This document shows positions 21,492 to 31,602 of a DNA stretch of 64,000 bases, piece by piece (position 1 is the first letter of the stretch; each line of letters starts with the position of its first letter). The stretch lies in the NCBI GenBank assembly GCA_965221955.1, contig CBDCTA010000029.1, positions 448,001 to 512,000 of the forward strand. The letters are read 5' to 3'. Under the pieces are notes generated by a model. It saw only the letters and a list, made by a program, of their open reading frames with translations. It did not search any database and was not told where the DNA came from. Source of the stretch: Gammaproteobacteria bacterium (GTDB lineage: Bacteria > Pseudomonadota > Gammaproteobacteria > UBA4575). Position numbers and translations under genes: made by a program.

Positions 21492-22820
21492 ATGAGAGAA
21501 GGTAGCTTAGAAGCACCTACACGGCATTCTATTGATTGGCAAGATCCAAAGTTTTATGACGAGGACGACCTTAATAAAGAATTAGAGCGTGTATACGATA
21601 TCTGCCATGGTTGCAGACGTTGCGTAAGCTTATGTAATTCTTTTCCAACCCTATTTGATTTGGTGGATGAATCAGAAACCATGGAAGTAGATGGTATTGC
21701 AAAGGAAGATTACATCAAAGTGGTTGATCATTGTTATTTATGTGATCTTTGTTTTCTAACTAAATGCCCCTATGTGCCTCCACATGAATGGAACGTAGAT
21801 TTCCCCCATCTAATGTTGCGCGCCAAAGCCATTAAATTTAAAAAGCAGGGTGCATCCAAGCGTGACAACATGCTGAGCAACACGGATAAAAACGGCAGGT
21901 TTTACGGTATTCCAATAATCACGCAAATGGTTAACGCCGTTAATAAAAACACTTTTGCGCGTAAACAGATTAAGAAGTCACTAGGAATTCATCCTGATGC
22001 TTATTTGCCCGCTTACGTAAGTAAGTCAGCAAAAAAACAGTTTGGTAAGCGCCAATCGGCAGTAAATAATCCCACTGCTGTAGGCAGCACAACAGGCAAA
22101 GTAGCCATTTATGCTACGTGTTACGGGAATCATAATGAACCCGGTTTAGTGGAAGGTCTCATTAAAATTTTTGAGCACAACAGCATTGAGACTAAACTTA
22201 TTACTCAAGACAAGTGTTGCAGCATGCCAAAGTTAGAGCTGGGTGATCTCGAATCTGTAGCGACCAATAAAGAGCACAATGTTCCTATCATGTTGGGTGT
22301 CATTGAAGATGGTTGGGATATTATTGCTCCGATACCTTCTTGTGTGTTGATGTTTAAGCAAGAGTTGCCACTGATGTTTCCAAAAGATGAGGCGTTAAAA
22401 AAAGTTCAACAATCCATTTTTGATCCGTTTGAATATTTAGCATTACGCCATAAAGAAGAGTTGCTCAATACGGACTTTAAAACTTCACTGGGTAAAATTT
22501 CTTATCACGCGCCGTGCCATTTGCGTGTACAAAACATGGGAAACAAAACGCGTGATATTTTGAATCTCGTGCCTGATACAGAAATTGAACTGATTGAACG
22601 ATGTGCCGGACATGATGGAACCTATGCAGTCAAAGAAGAATTTCATGAAGTATCGATGAAAATTGCACGCCCTGTTGTGAATAAAATTAAGAAAAACGAA
22701 CCTAATTACTTTTCTAGTGACTGCCCGTTAGCAGGTCATCATTTAGCAAATGGTATTGATCAAAATAAAACATCCCCCACACACCCTATAACATTACTAC
22801 GCATGGCCTACGGTATTTGA
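21492..22820 (+). CDS. Rubrerythrin-associated Fe-S oxidoreductase (GlpC/HdrD-like)
   Basis: CHGCRRCVSLC, CYLCDLCFLTKCP, CCG-type domains. Confidence 0.92.
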   Translation: MREGSLEAPTRHSIDWQDPKFYDEDDLNKELERVYDICHGCRRCVSLCNSFPTLFDLVDESETMEVDGIAKEDYIKVVDHCYLCDLCFLTKCPYVPPHEWNVDFPHLMLRAKAIKFKKQGASKRDNMLSNTDKNGRFYGIPIITQMVNAVNKNTFARKQIKKSLGIHPDAYLPAYVSKSAKKQFGKRQSAVNNPTAVGSTTGKVAIYATCYGNHNEPGLVEGLIKIFEHNSIETKLITQDKCCSMPKLELGDLESVATNKEHNVPIMLGVIEDGWDIIAPIPSCVLMFKQELPLMFPKDEALKKVQQSIFDPFEYLALRHKEELLNTDFKTSLGKISYHAPCHLRVQNMGNKTRDILNLVPDTEIELIERCAGHDGTYAVKEEFHEVSMKIARPVVNKIKKNEPNYFSSDCPLAGHHLANGIDQNKTSPTHPITLLRMAYGI

Positions 22821-22821
22821 T

Positions 22822-23406
22822 ATGCAAAAGTTAGCGCGACAAGATTTACATTCTTTAGAAGATTATTCTGCCATGCGCGATGAATTTCGCGCACAAGTAA
22901 TTCAACATAAAAAAAACCGTGTGTTGCAAGTAGGCCCCAATGTCACCATGCATTTTGAAGACAGACTCATCATGCAGTACCAAATACAAGAAATGCTACG
23001 TGCGGAAAAAATATTTGAAAGTGATGGGATTCAAGAAGAGCTCGATGCCTACAATCCAATGATTCCAGATGGGAGTAATTGGAAAGTTACCTTTATGATT
23101 GAATTTCCAGATCCAGATGAACGTGCTATTAGGTTAAGAGAAATGCTAGGCATTGAAGATGCAACCTATATACAAGTTTCAGGGCACGACAAAGTGAACC
23201 CTATCAGTGATGAAGATTTGCCACGTGAAACCGAGGAAAAAACCTCATCTGTACACTTTATGCGTTTTGAACTTACTGATGAAATGATAAGTGACCTTAA
23301 GAGCGGAGCGGCATTAAGTGTGGGGATTGATCACCCGAAATATCAGCATGCGATTGAAGCATTACCTGCTTCGGTGAGAGATTCTTTGATAGCAGATCTA
23401 GATTAG
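22822..23406 (+). CDS. DUF3501 family protein
   Basis: YQIQEMLRAE, ELDAYNPMIP, KTSSVHFMRF; cluster context. Confidence 0.9.
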   Translation: MQKLARQDLHSLEDYSAMRDEFRAQVIQHKKNRVLQVGPNVTMHFEDRLIMQYQIQEMLRAEKIFESDGIQEELDAYNPMIPDGSNWKVTFMIEFPDPDERAIRLREMLGIEDATYIQVSGHDKVNPISDEDLPRETEEKTSSVHFMRFELTDEMISDLKSGAALSVGIDHPKYQHAIEALPASVRDSLIADLD

Positions 23407-23699
23407 ATATGGATTTCCTGTTTAAAGATCTTTTGGAACCAAGCGTATGCGTAGAGAAAGTATCTTTCTATCCTTGAAATTTCATTGGGACAAAGCCAGT
23501 GAAATAAAACTTTAGTTTATAAATAACCTTCTCTACAACATACTTAACATATCCACATAGGCGAGGATAGCATTCATTAGTTTTTGAGTACCTGATTGTG
23601 ATCAGTCAGATTGCACTTTTAATAAGTATTTATATGACAGACAGGTGTTACAGGGCTAACTAATAAAATTAAATATTGGGATTATTTTGATATTTAGTT

Positions 23700-24473
23700 T
23701 TAGTGGAATAGGCTTAAATCATATTCAGAAAAACTGCGTAGTGTTTCATAGCTTAAAATTTTAATACTTTTTCTTTCTGCCTCAATAAGCTGGTGTTCAC
23801 GAAGCTTTGAAAATGCTCTACTTATTGTTTCATCGGCCAAGCCTAAATAACTACCAATGTCATATCGGCTCATCGACAAGTTAAAATTAATCGGACAATG
23901 TCCTCGTTCTTTACGTCTATCAGATATATTTACTATAAATGAAGCTAATCGTTGTTCAGGATTCTTGTTTGCAAGCAGTGCTAACATGAAGTGTGTTTTT
24001 GTAGTTTCATCGCGCATAAGATTTATTAAGCGACTATGTAATTTTAGACTTTTTAAACATAAACTATTTAATTCATTAAATGGGAAGGCGCAAATAACAG
24101 AATTTTCCAATGCGATACCTGAACAGTTATGAATTTTATCATCTAACCCGTAAAATCCAGTCAATTCACCAGGTAAGTGAAACCCTATGATCTTCTCTAT
24201 ACCATTTTTTAATGGTATTTGTGTTTTCACAGAGCCTGATTGAACAGCATAAATACAACCAGATTTTTCTTTATATTGAAAAATCAATTCTCCTTTTCGT
24301 ACTAATTTTCGATGCTTTATTGCTTGATCTAAAACATCAACATCAGATTGTTCGAGCCCTCTAGGTAGACAGATATCACTAATCAAACAATTACTACAAT
24401 TGGATTTAATAGATTTATTATTTGGGTCTTTTGAATGCCAAGGTAGTATTTGCTCGTCTAAGACAGTTTTCAT
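23700..24473 (-). CDS. FNR-like Crp/Fnr regulator
   Basis: N-terminal CSNCLISDIC cluster plus central Cys, HTH MSRYDIGSYLGLADETISR. Confidence 0.9.
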   Translation of the reverse strand: MKTVLDEQILPWHSKDPNNKSIKSNCSNCLISDICLPRGLEQSDVDVLDQAIKHRKLVRKGELIFQYKEKSGCIYAVQSGSVKTQIPLKNGIEKIIGFHLPGELTGFYGLDDKIHNCSGIALENSVICAFPFNELNSLCLKSLKLHSRLINLMRDETTKTHFMLALLANKNPEQRLASFIVNISDRRKERGHCPINFNLSMSRYDIGSYLGLADETISRAFSKLREHQLIEAERKSIKILSYETLRSFSEYDLSLFH

Positions 24474-24514
24474 AATGAGGTCTTTGAATTATGTTTATTG
24501 CTAACACTGAACTA

Positions 24515-24530
24515 AGCAATTAGCAGGCCA
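24515..24530 (-). promoter_or_regulatory. Putative sigma54 (-24/-12) promoter of the fnr paralogue
   Basis: Minus strand TGGCCTGCTAATTGCT matches TGGCAC-N5-TTGCW spacing, about 40 bp upstream of the start codon. Confidence 0.65.
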
Positions 24531-24959
24531 AATGTGTTTGGCTTTAATAAGTCTCTGAATTTTATATAGATAATTTAAATATTAAGTTATGAAATTTTTT
24601 CAGATGTTTCATTTCCTTAAACTCAATTACAAATAATGAAACAAATAAATATTTTAGAAAGAATCTACCGTTTCATTATGAAACTGGCTTTATTCATTGA
24701 GTATAGGATTTTAACTTAAATAAGTTTTCTGAATTGTTAGTTTCAACGACAAAAAATACGCTTATCTCAATCTTGAGAGCTTGAGCCAAACCACCAAAAC
24801 CTATCACCAGTCTTACTACTAGATGGTTCATAAATTATGATCTTTACAAGAAAAAGTAAAATAACAGATCAGCTGAAATAGTTTTAATTTTTATTTCAAA
24901 CCCACAAAAAACCCTCATTTTATAAACAATAAGTATTTTAATTTTTTCTTATTTATTTA

Positions 24960-25002
24960 ACTGATCAGAATCAGTGTAATAAATGGTCATAATTTTTAGA
25001 AT
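24960..25002 (+). promoter_or_regulatory. FNR-type box with class II promoter geometry
   Basis: ACTGAT-CAGA-ATCAGT (24960-24975) and a -10-like TAGAAT at 24997-25002. Confidence 0.6.
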
Positions 25003-25139
25003 AAAGTTCTATGAATGATTAGGAAGAGAGATTAATTGAAGTATTTATTTGTAAATCAACATTTATAAATACATGGATATATTCTTACTATTAGCAATGG
25101 AAATTATATGCTAGTAAATAAATTAGTAGAGTTAAATTA

Positions 25140-25457
25140 GTGGCGCAGATTCACCCAAAATATAAAATATTGGTGTTGCATACTGACACTGGCATTATTC
25201 GCACTGATACCTCTACATTACTTGCTGCTGATCAAGAAAATAATAAATTATTATTTCGGGCTTTAAATTCAGAGTATTTTGTACAAGATGACTGTAACGA
25301 AAGTATAACGATTGTTGAAATAGAACAAGCAGAAGAGATATGGCGCACTATGCCTATAAAAATAGTATCTGACTTGATTTCAGCTATACCTAATTATTGT
25401 GTAGGGACAAGACAAAATTTTTATAAAAGAACAAAACTTGTCGGAAATTCTTACTAA
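25140..25457 (+). CDS. Hypothetical protein
   Basis: 105-aa open frame in AT-rich island, no family recognised. Confidence 0.45.
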   Translation: MAQIHPKYKILVLHTDTGIIRTDTSTLLAADQENNKLLFRALNSEYFVQDDCNESITIVEIEQAEEIWRTMPIKIVSDLISAIPNYCVGTRQNFYKRTKLVGNSY

Positions 25458-25591
25458 ATACATTGCTCAAAAATTTCAATATTTTTAGTTGTAGAGATTG
25501 TATTGATCAAAAGTTCAATTGTATTAAATCACTAAAGATAAAACGAAGACCAATAATTAATAACAGATAGTAAAATGGAGAAGTTCTAATT

Positions 25592-27061
25592 ATGAATGAT
25601 GATAGTAATCAAAGTGGGAAAAAACGCATTATTTTAAACTGTTTTGATATGACATGCGTCAGTCACCAGTCGTCTGGAATGTGGCGTCATCCAAATAGTC
25701 AGGCTGGGCGATACAATGATATTGAATATTGGACTAATTTGGCGATTGAGCTAGAGCGTGGCTTCTTTGATTGTATGTTTATAGCAGATGTTGTTGGGGT
25801 TTATGATGTATATCGTGGCACTGCAGCAGCAGCACTTAAAGATGCTGCTCAAGTGCCTGTAAATGACCCCTTTGCACAAATAGCAGCGATGTCTGCAGTT
25901 ACTAAGAATGTGGGTTTTGGGTGTACTGCTGCCGTGACGTTTGAACATCCCTACCTGCTAGCTAGTCGACTCACTACTCTTGATCACCTAACCAAAGGCC
26001 GAGTTGCGTGGAATGTTGTGTCTTCATATTTAAATAGTGCTGCACTTAATATCGGCATGGATCGGCAAATGGAGCACGATGAGCGCTATGACTTTGCGGA
26101 TGAGTACATGGAAGTGATGTATAAACTTTGGGAAGCATCATGGGAAGAGGGTGCAGTGCACAGAAACAAAGAAACTGGAATCTTTACAGATCCTAAAAAA
26201 GTGCACCCCATCAAGCATGAAGGTAAATACTTTAAGGTACCAGGTTTTCATTTAGGCGAGCCATCCCCACAGCGCACCCCTGTAATTTTCCAGGCAGGAG
26301 CTTCGGGTCGTGGTAGAAGGTTTGCGGCTGAGCATTGTGAAGCCATGTTTATTTTGACTACTAGCCCAGATCATGCCCATAAAGTTACAAATGAGATACG
26401 AGATGTTGTTGAAAAAGCGGGTCGTCCACGAGATTCAATTAAAATCTTTACACTTTTAACAGTGGTTACAGGCTCTACAAATGCTCAAGCTGAGCAAAAG
26501 TATGAAGATTACTTACAATATGCGAGTCCTGAAGGCATGTTGGCTCTTTATGGTGGTTGGACTGGTATCGATTTCTCTAAACTTGATCCCGATGAACCAT
26601 TGCAAGCAATGGATAATGATAGTCTACGTACTACACTTGAATCGCTTACAGAGGATGGTGGCAAAAATGTTTCAGTACGAGATGTGATTAAAGAGCGCTG
26701 CATTGGTGGGCTTGGTCCAGTGCTTGTAGGTGGACCAGAAAAAGTCGCTGATGAGCTAGAACGTTGGGTTGATCATGGCGGCGTCGATGGCTTTAACCTT
26801 GCCTATGCAATTACACCTGGGTCTGTGACAGATTTTATAGATTATGTCAGGCCTGAGCTTGTGAAACGTGGTCGTGCGCAGACGTCATATGCACCAGGTA
26901 CGTTACGCGAGAAACTAGTGGCACGAGCAAATGGTAGATATACTGCTGACGATCACCCAGCAACTCAATACCGTGGATCGTTAGCGGGTAAAGAGAGTGT
27001 TGATGACGATACTACTGAATCTCCATGGGCAGAAGCCGATACTCCGTTTCATGCGCACTAA
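25592..27061 (+). CDS. LLM-class flavin-dependent monooxygenase (NtaA/DszA/DmoA family)
   Basis: GMWRHP, FIADVVGVYDVY, TLDHLTKGRVAWNVVSS, PSPQRTPVIFQAGAS. Confidence 0.93.
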   Translation: MNDDSNQSGKKRIILNCFDMTCVSHQSSGMWRHPNSQAGRYNDIEYWTNLAIELERGFFDCMFIADVVGVYDVYRGTAAAALKDAAQVPVNDPFAQIAAMSAVTKNVGFGCTAAVTFEHPYLLASRLTTLDHLTKGRVAWNVVSSYLNSAALNIGMDRQMEHDERYDFADEYMEVMYKLWEASWEEGAVHRNKETGIFTDPKKVHPIKHEGKYFKVPGFHLGEPSPQRTPVIFQAGASGRGRRFAAEHCEAMFILTTSPDHAHKVTNEIRDVVEKAGRPRDSIKIFTLLTVVTGSTNAQAEQKYEDYLQYASPEGMLALYGGWTGIDFSKLDPDEPLQAMDNDSLRTTLESLTEDGGKNVSVRDVIKERCIGGLGPVLVGGPEKVADELERWVDHGGVDGFNLAYAITPGSVTDFIDYVRPELVKRGRAQTSYAPGTLREKLVARANGRYTADDHPATQYRGSLAGKESVDDDTTESPWAEADTPFHAH

Positions 27062-27339
27062 AAATTAATTACAAGTTTAAATGCTTAACAATGTATAGCT
27101 AGCAAGCCCTGCATTGTTGAATTGATTAATTTATGGCAGCAAAGTTGTTATTTTATATTTACTTCCAATGCGGGCAAGTAAAAGTAGGCTAAAGTTTTGC
27201 GGCCATTCATTAATCAGTTAAGCAATATAAGTTTTTAACCCGCTAAATTTTTTATGAAAGAAATAATTAAGACTTATTACGAAAATTACTTTTAAAAGAT
27301 TAATGTAAAAGTTAAAAACAAGTAAACTAGGAGGATGTT

Positions 27340-27549
27340 ATGAATGATCCAACTTATAAGTATATTGACCTTGTAGGCACTTCTGGCGAAGGTATGGATG
27401 CTGCTATACGCAATGCTATTAAAAAAGCTTCACAAACTGTAAAGCATATACATTGGTTTTATATACATGACACACGTGGAACCGTTAAAGATGGTGAAGT
27501 GACATGTTTTCAGGTTACTATAAGAGCTGGTTTTAAAATCGAAGATTAA
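27340..27549 (+). CDS. Dodecin (flavin-binding)
   Basis: YKYIDLVGTS...AAIRNAIKKASQT..IHWF...FQVTIRAGFKIE; GGAGG RBS. Confidence 0.92.
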   Translation: MNDPTYKYIDLVGTSGEGMDAAIRNAIKKASQTVKHIHWFYIHDTRGTVKDGEVTCFQVTIRAGFKIED

Positions 27550-27679
27550 GGTTATTATTAAGCGCACTTGCAGCTAAGGCTAAAGGTTAAAATGCTGATT
27601 TAACTTTAACCAGAATGGTTTAGCCATAAATTTAATTAAAATAAAACTAATGCTCCCCTCTTACACAGGAGAATAAACT

Positions 27680-27943
27680 ATGCCTATTTATGCTGTTCAA
27701 CGTAAATTATCAGGGATAACAATGGAAGAACTTGGAAATGCTCAAAGAGCAGCTATTGATACCAGTAGCAAGTTTACTGAGCAAGGTACTCCGGTTAATT
27801 ATATACGCAGTAATTTTTATCCTAAAGATTGTAAATGTACTTGTTTATTTGAAGCGAATAGTGCTAGTGATGTACAAAAAGTTAATGAAGAGGCTTCATT
27901 ACCGTTTGAGACCATTGAAGAGGTTTTAGATTTAAATCCTTAG
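27680..27943 (+). CDS. DUF4242-like small protein
   Basis: CTCLFEANSASDVQKVNEEASLPFETI; AGGAG RBS. Confidence 0.8.
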   Translation: MPIYAVQRKLSGITMEELGNAQRAAIDTSSKFTEQGTPVNYIRSNFYPKDCKCTCLFEANSASDVQKVNEEASLPFETIEEVLDLNP

Positions 27944-27961
27944 TAAAAGGTTTTTAACTTA

Positions 27962-27992
27962 AATGTGTACTTTGGGTCGTTAGCAGTTCATT
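27962..27992 (+). repeat. 30-bp palindromic site D overlapping the fdhD stop codon
   Basis: AATGTGTACT-TTGGGTCGTT-AGCAGTTCATT. Confidence 0.75.
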
Positions 27993-28833
27993 CTGTAGGC
28001 GGCTTTTTCGGGGTTTCATTAAATTCAATTTGTTCCTCACCATTGTAAACAAGGAATGCTTTGCCTTTTGCACGGGCGATCATTACTATCCCTAAGTCCC
28101 GTGCGAGTTCAAGGCCCATGTTGGTCACACCAGAGCGTGAAAGTAAAACAGGAATGCCCATGTTGGCGGACTTCATTACCATTTCTGAAGTTAAACGCCC
28201 GGTAGTGTAAAATATTTTATCGCCACCTTGCTGGTGTTCCAGCCACATCCAACCTGAAATGGCATCTGCAGCATTATGTCGACCTACATCTTCGACAAAT
28301 TTTAATATTTCTGTGTCTTTGCAAAGTGCACAGCCATGCACTGCACCGGCTTTTTTATAAATTTCGTTGTATTTTGTAATTGCTGCCAACAATTCATAAA
28401 TTTTGGATTGCTTGAGTAAAACTTTAGGAAGTTTTGCATCGTACAACTTATCTAAAGTACAGCTGAATACTGTACCTTGTCCGCAGCCTGAAGTGACAGT
28501 GCGTTTGCTAAGTTTTTCTTCCCAATCTGTGATTTCTTTTCCAGGTACGAGTTGCACATCCACGAGTTCTTTGTCCCAATCCACATTGACTGATTCAATA
28601 TCGGTAATATCTTCTAACAAACGTTGGTTGCGTAAATAGCCCAAAGCCAATTCTTCTGGGTGAGTGCCCAGCGTCATTAAGGTCACAATCTCTCGATCAT
28701 TCACTTTTAGAGTAAGGGGTGATTCTCCTGCAACGTGTACTTCTTTGTTTTCACCAAACTGATTTATGGCTTGCACAGCATGAGTAGGGGATAAACCCTG
28801 TTGTGAAAGTTTGGGTCGGTATGCTTTATCCAT
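27988..28833 (-). CDS. fdhD: Formate dehydrogenase accessory sulfurtransferase FdhD
   Basis: TSGCGQG, GAVHGCAL, EDVGRHNAAD, TTGRLTSEM. Confidence 0.94.
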   Translation of the reverse strand: MDKAYRPKLSQQGLSPTHAVQAINQFGENKEVHVAGESPLTLKVNDREIVTLMTLGTHPEELALGYLRNQRLLEDITDIESVNVDWDKELVDVQLVPGKEITDWEEKLSKRTVTSGCGQGTVFSCTLDKLYDAKLPKVLLKQSKIYELLAAITKYNEIYKKAGAVHGCALCKDTEILKFVEDVGRHNAADAISGWMWLEHQQGGDKIFYTTGRLTSEMVMKSANMGIPVLLSRSGVTNMGLELARDLGIVMIARAKGKAFLVYNGEEQIEFNETPKKPPTE

Positions 28834-28849
28834 GTTTGCTTATCTATTT

Positions 28850-30202
28850 TTACAAGGCCTTTTCAATGGCTTCGCTTAGCTTATCTACAGCAATAATTTC
28901 TAAACCAGCAATTTTTTCTTTGGGTTTGTTTGCGCTTGGGATGATGGCTTTTTTAAACCCATGTTCTTTAGCTTCTTTTAAACGGGAGATACCATTAAAC
29001 ACAGGGCGAATTTCACCGGTTAGACCGACCTCACCAAAAACAATTAAGTTGCGGTCCAAAGCTTGGTCTCTGAAACTGGAATAGGCAGCGAGTAAAACAG
29101 CGAGGTCTGCACCGGTTTCTTTAAGTGAGACACCACCCACGATATTTACAAAGACATCTTTGTCATAAATGGCGATGCCACCATGCCGATGCAAAATAGC
29201 CAACAACATGGTTAAACGATTTTGTTCAATGCCAACCGTGACTCTACGAGCATGACCTGTAGGGTTGTCGTCCACGAGTGATTGGACTTCTAAAAGTAAA
29301 GGTCGCGTGGCTTCGCAGGTAACTGTAATTACACTTCCTGGTGTGTGTTCACTGCGCTGAGAAAGAAAAATCGCTGAAGGATTTTTTACACCTTTAAGCC
29401 CTGTGTCTTGCATAGCAAATACACCGAGTTCATTTACAGCGCCGAAGCGATTTTTGACTGCACGCAATACGCGGTAGCGTCCACCTTCATCTCCTTCAAA
29501 ATATAAAACGGTATCTACAACATGTTCGAGTACTCTTGGGCCTGCAATGGACCCATCTTTGGTAACGTGCCCTACAACAAACACTGTTGTGTTGGTTTGT
29601 TTGGCAAATTGCGTAATTTGATTGGCGCATTCGCGCACCTGTGAAACAGAACCAGCAGCAGAGGGTGTTTTTTCAGATGATAAAGTTTGAATGGAATCAA
29701 TTACCATAATGTTGGGGCGTTCTCGCATCGCATTCGCTAGAATTTCTTCTAAATTATTCGATGCGATGACACGCAATTTAGAATCTTTATAACCTAAGCG
29801 CTCTGCACGAAGTGCGACTTGTTGTAATGACTCCTCACCCGTTACATACAATGCGCGCTCACGATCCAGTGCGCTCAAGACTTGAAGTAATAAAGTGGAT
29901 TTTCCAATACCTGGATTACCGCCAACTAAAATAACCGAACCTGGAACGATTCCCCCGCCTAGAACACGATCGAGTTCAGAAAGAGGAGTTTTTACACGAA
30001 CATGTGTTTCGTATGTAATTTCATTAATACTTTGCACTTCGTTTTCTGCACCTGCCAGTGCAAAGGAACTGGATTTTTGTTTTTGAAAAACAGCGGCTTG
30101 TTTTTCAATGGAGTTCCATGCGCCACAGTCTGAGCACTGACCCATCCATTTAGAGAATAGGGCGGCACACTCTGTACACACATAGCTGAGTTCTTTTGCC
30201 AT
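28850..30202 (-). CDS. radA: DNA repair protein RadA/Sms
   Basis: Zn finger CTEC...CSDC, GNPGIGKST, KNRFG. Confidence 0.97.
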   Translation of the reverse strand: MAKELSYVCTECAALFSKWMGQCSDCGAWNSIEKQAAVFQKQKSSSFALAGAENEVQSINEITYETHVRVKTPLSELDRVLGGGIVPGSVILVGGNPGIGKSTLLLQVLSALDRERALYVTGEESLQQVALRAERLGYKDSKLRVIASNNLEEILANAMRERPNIMVIDSIQTLSSEKTPSAAGSVSQVRECANQITQFAKQTNTTVFVVGHVTKDGSIAGPRVLEHVVDTVLYFEGDEGGRYRVLRAVKNRFGAVNELGVFAMQDTGLKGVKNPSAIFLSQRSEHTPGSVITVTCEATRPLLLEVQSLVDDNPTGHARRVTVGIEQNRLTMLLAILHRHGGIAIYDKDVFVNIVGGVSLKETGADLAVLLAAYSSFRDQALDRNLIVFGEVGLTGEIRPVFNGISRLKEAKEHGFKKAIIPSANKPKEKIAGLEIIAVDKLSEAIEKAL

Positions 30203-30260
30203 GAGTCTATTGTACTAGATCATGGAATTCGCTTGCGTTGCTCGAATGGGAGATCAGAAA

Positions 30261-31542
30261 TTAAGCAATTTGCTCATTATGTTGAGGTAATCTTGGGCTC
30301 ATGCGGACAGTGCGTACCGCATTATTTTGAATTTGTACGACTTCGATAGGATATCCATCAATGAGGACACTGGTGCCAGGTTCAGGGATGGATTGAAAGT
30401 GCTCTAAGATCAAGCCATTGATGGTTTTTGGTCCGTCTGCATGTAATTGCCAGGTTAAGGCTTTATTAATATCACGCACGTGCGCACCACCGTCTACAAC
30501 ATAGGTACCATCTTTTTGTGGATGTATTTCTACATCATAGGTTGCTGGGTCGTTGGTAAATTCACCCACAATCTCTTCTAATAAATCTTCTAGGGTGACC
30601 ATGCCTTGAATGTCTCCAAACTCGTCTACCACTAAACTTAAACGGCGTTTCTTGCCCTGGAATTCAAACAGTAATTTTTTTAAGTTCGTACCTTCGGGAA
30701 TAAAGTAAGGTTCACGAATTACTTTTTCTAAATCTTCCCGTTCTAAATCTTTATCAAGGATTTTTAATATGAACTTGCGTAAATGTAAAAATCCAACAAC
30801 ATTGTCGATGTTGTTGCGGTATACCGGCACGCGCGTATAAGAAATATTTTTTAATTGTGTGACGATATCATCCCAATCATCTTCTAAATCAATCCCGATA
30901 ATTTCATTTTTAGGGAATCATAATGTCTTCGGCGGTAATTTTTTCAAGATCAAGCACACCTAGTAACATTTGTTGATGTTCACTAGAGATTGTAGTGCCT
31001 TCATCGTTTACTGCAGTGCGCAATTCTTCATGTGATAAAGTTGTTAATACGTTTTCTTTTACATCAATTCCAAATAAGCGCAGTAGAGAATTGGAAAAGA
31101 AGTTTGTTATCCAAACGAATGGATACATGATATCTAGCAATGGCTTGTAAATTCGTGCAGCAGGCAGCGCTAATTTTTCAGAGTGTAAGGCTGCCAATGT
31201 TTTGGGTGTAAGTTCAGCAAAAATTAATATCGCAAATATTAAAATAAACGTTGCAATGGCAATTCCTACTTCGCCATGTAAACGATAACCAATGTATGCA
31301 GATAATTGAGCAATCAATATATTGACAATATTATTGCCAAGTAAAATTAAACCTATGAGTCGGTCAGGTTTTTCTAAAAGTTTTTGTGCTTGTTTGGCAC
31401 CATGATGACCATCATTTGCTAAATGTCGTAAGCGATAACGGTTCAAAGCCATTAACGCAGTTTCTGAGCCAGAGAAAAATGCGGAGAGAATAAATAAAAT
31501 GAACAACGCTATAAATAGCGTTCCTATCGAGTATTCGTCCAA
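30261..31542 (-). pseudogene. HlyC/CorC (CNNM-CBS) family transporter split by a +1 frameshift near 30913
   Basis: N-part FFSGSETA...EDIMIP and C-part CBS/CorC; removing one base from the GGG run at 30913-30915 restores MIPKNEIIGIDL...YTRVPVY; may be an assembly error. Confidence 0.85.
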
Positions 31543-31602
31543 GGTCGGGTTGACCCTCCTGTAATAAAGATACGTCTATTAACTGCCGCAAGGAGGATTT
31601 TG

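Noticed and set aside
20956-23406. Rubrerythrin-FeS oxidoreductase-DUF3501 cluster as a novel system
   Set aside because: Already a described conserved cluster; only its operator is reported as a finding.
23547-23578. Possible left-border palindromic site of the FNR island (…GGATAGCATTCATT)
   Set aside because: Only the last few bases resemble the right arm; too degenerate to call without a motif model.
25503-25518. FNR box upstream of the monooxygenase (TTGATCAAAAGTTCAA)
   Set aside because: Half-site spacing is 2 bp too long for TTGAT-N4-ATCAA.
30215-30255. Short hairpin ATTCG-cttgcgttgct-CGAAT between the corC-like gene and radA
   Set aside because: Resembles the loop motifs of the repeat families but is too short to support a call.
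30905-30920. Programmed ribosomal frameshift in the corC-like gene
   Set aside because: No precedent known to me in this family, and two similar +1 bases nearby point to sequence error.
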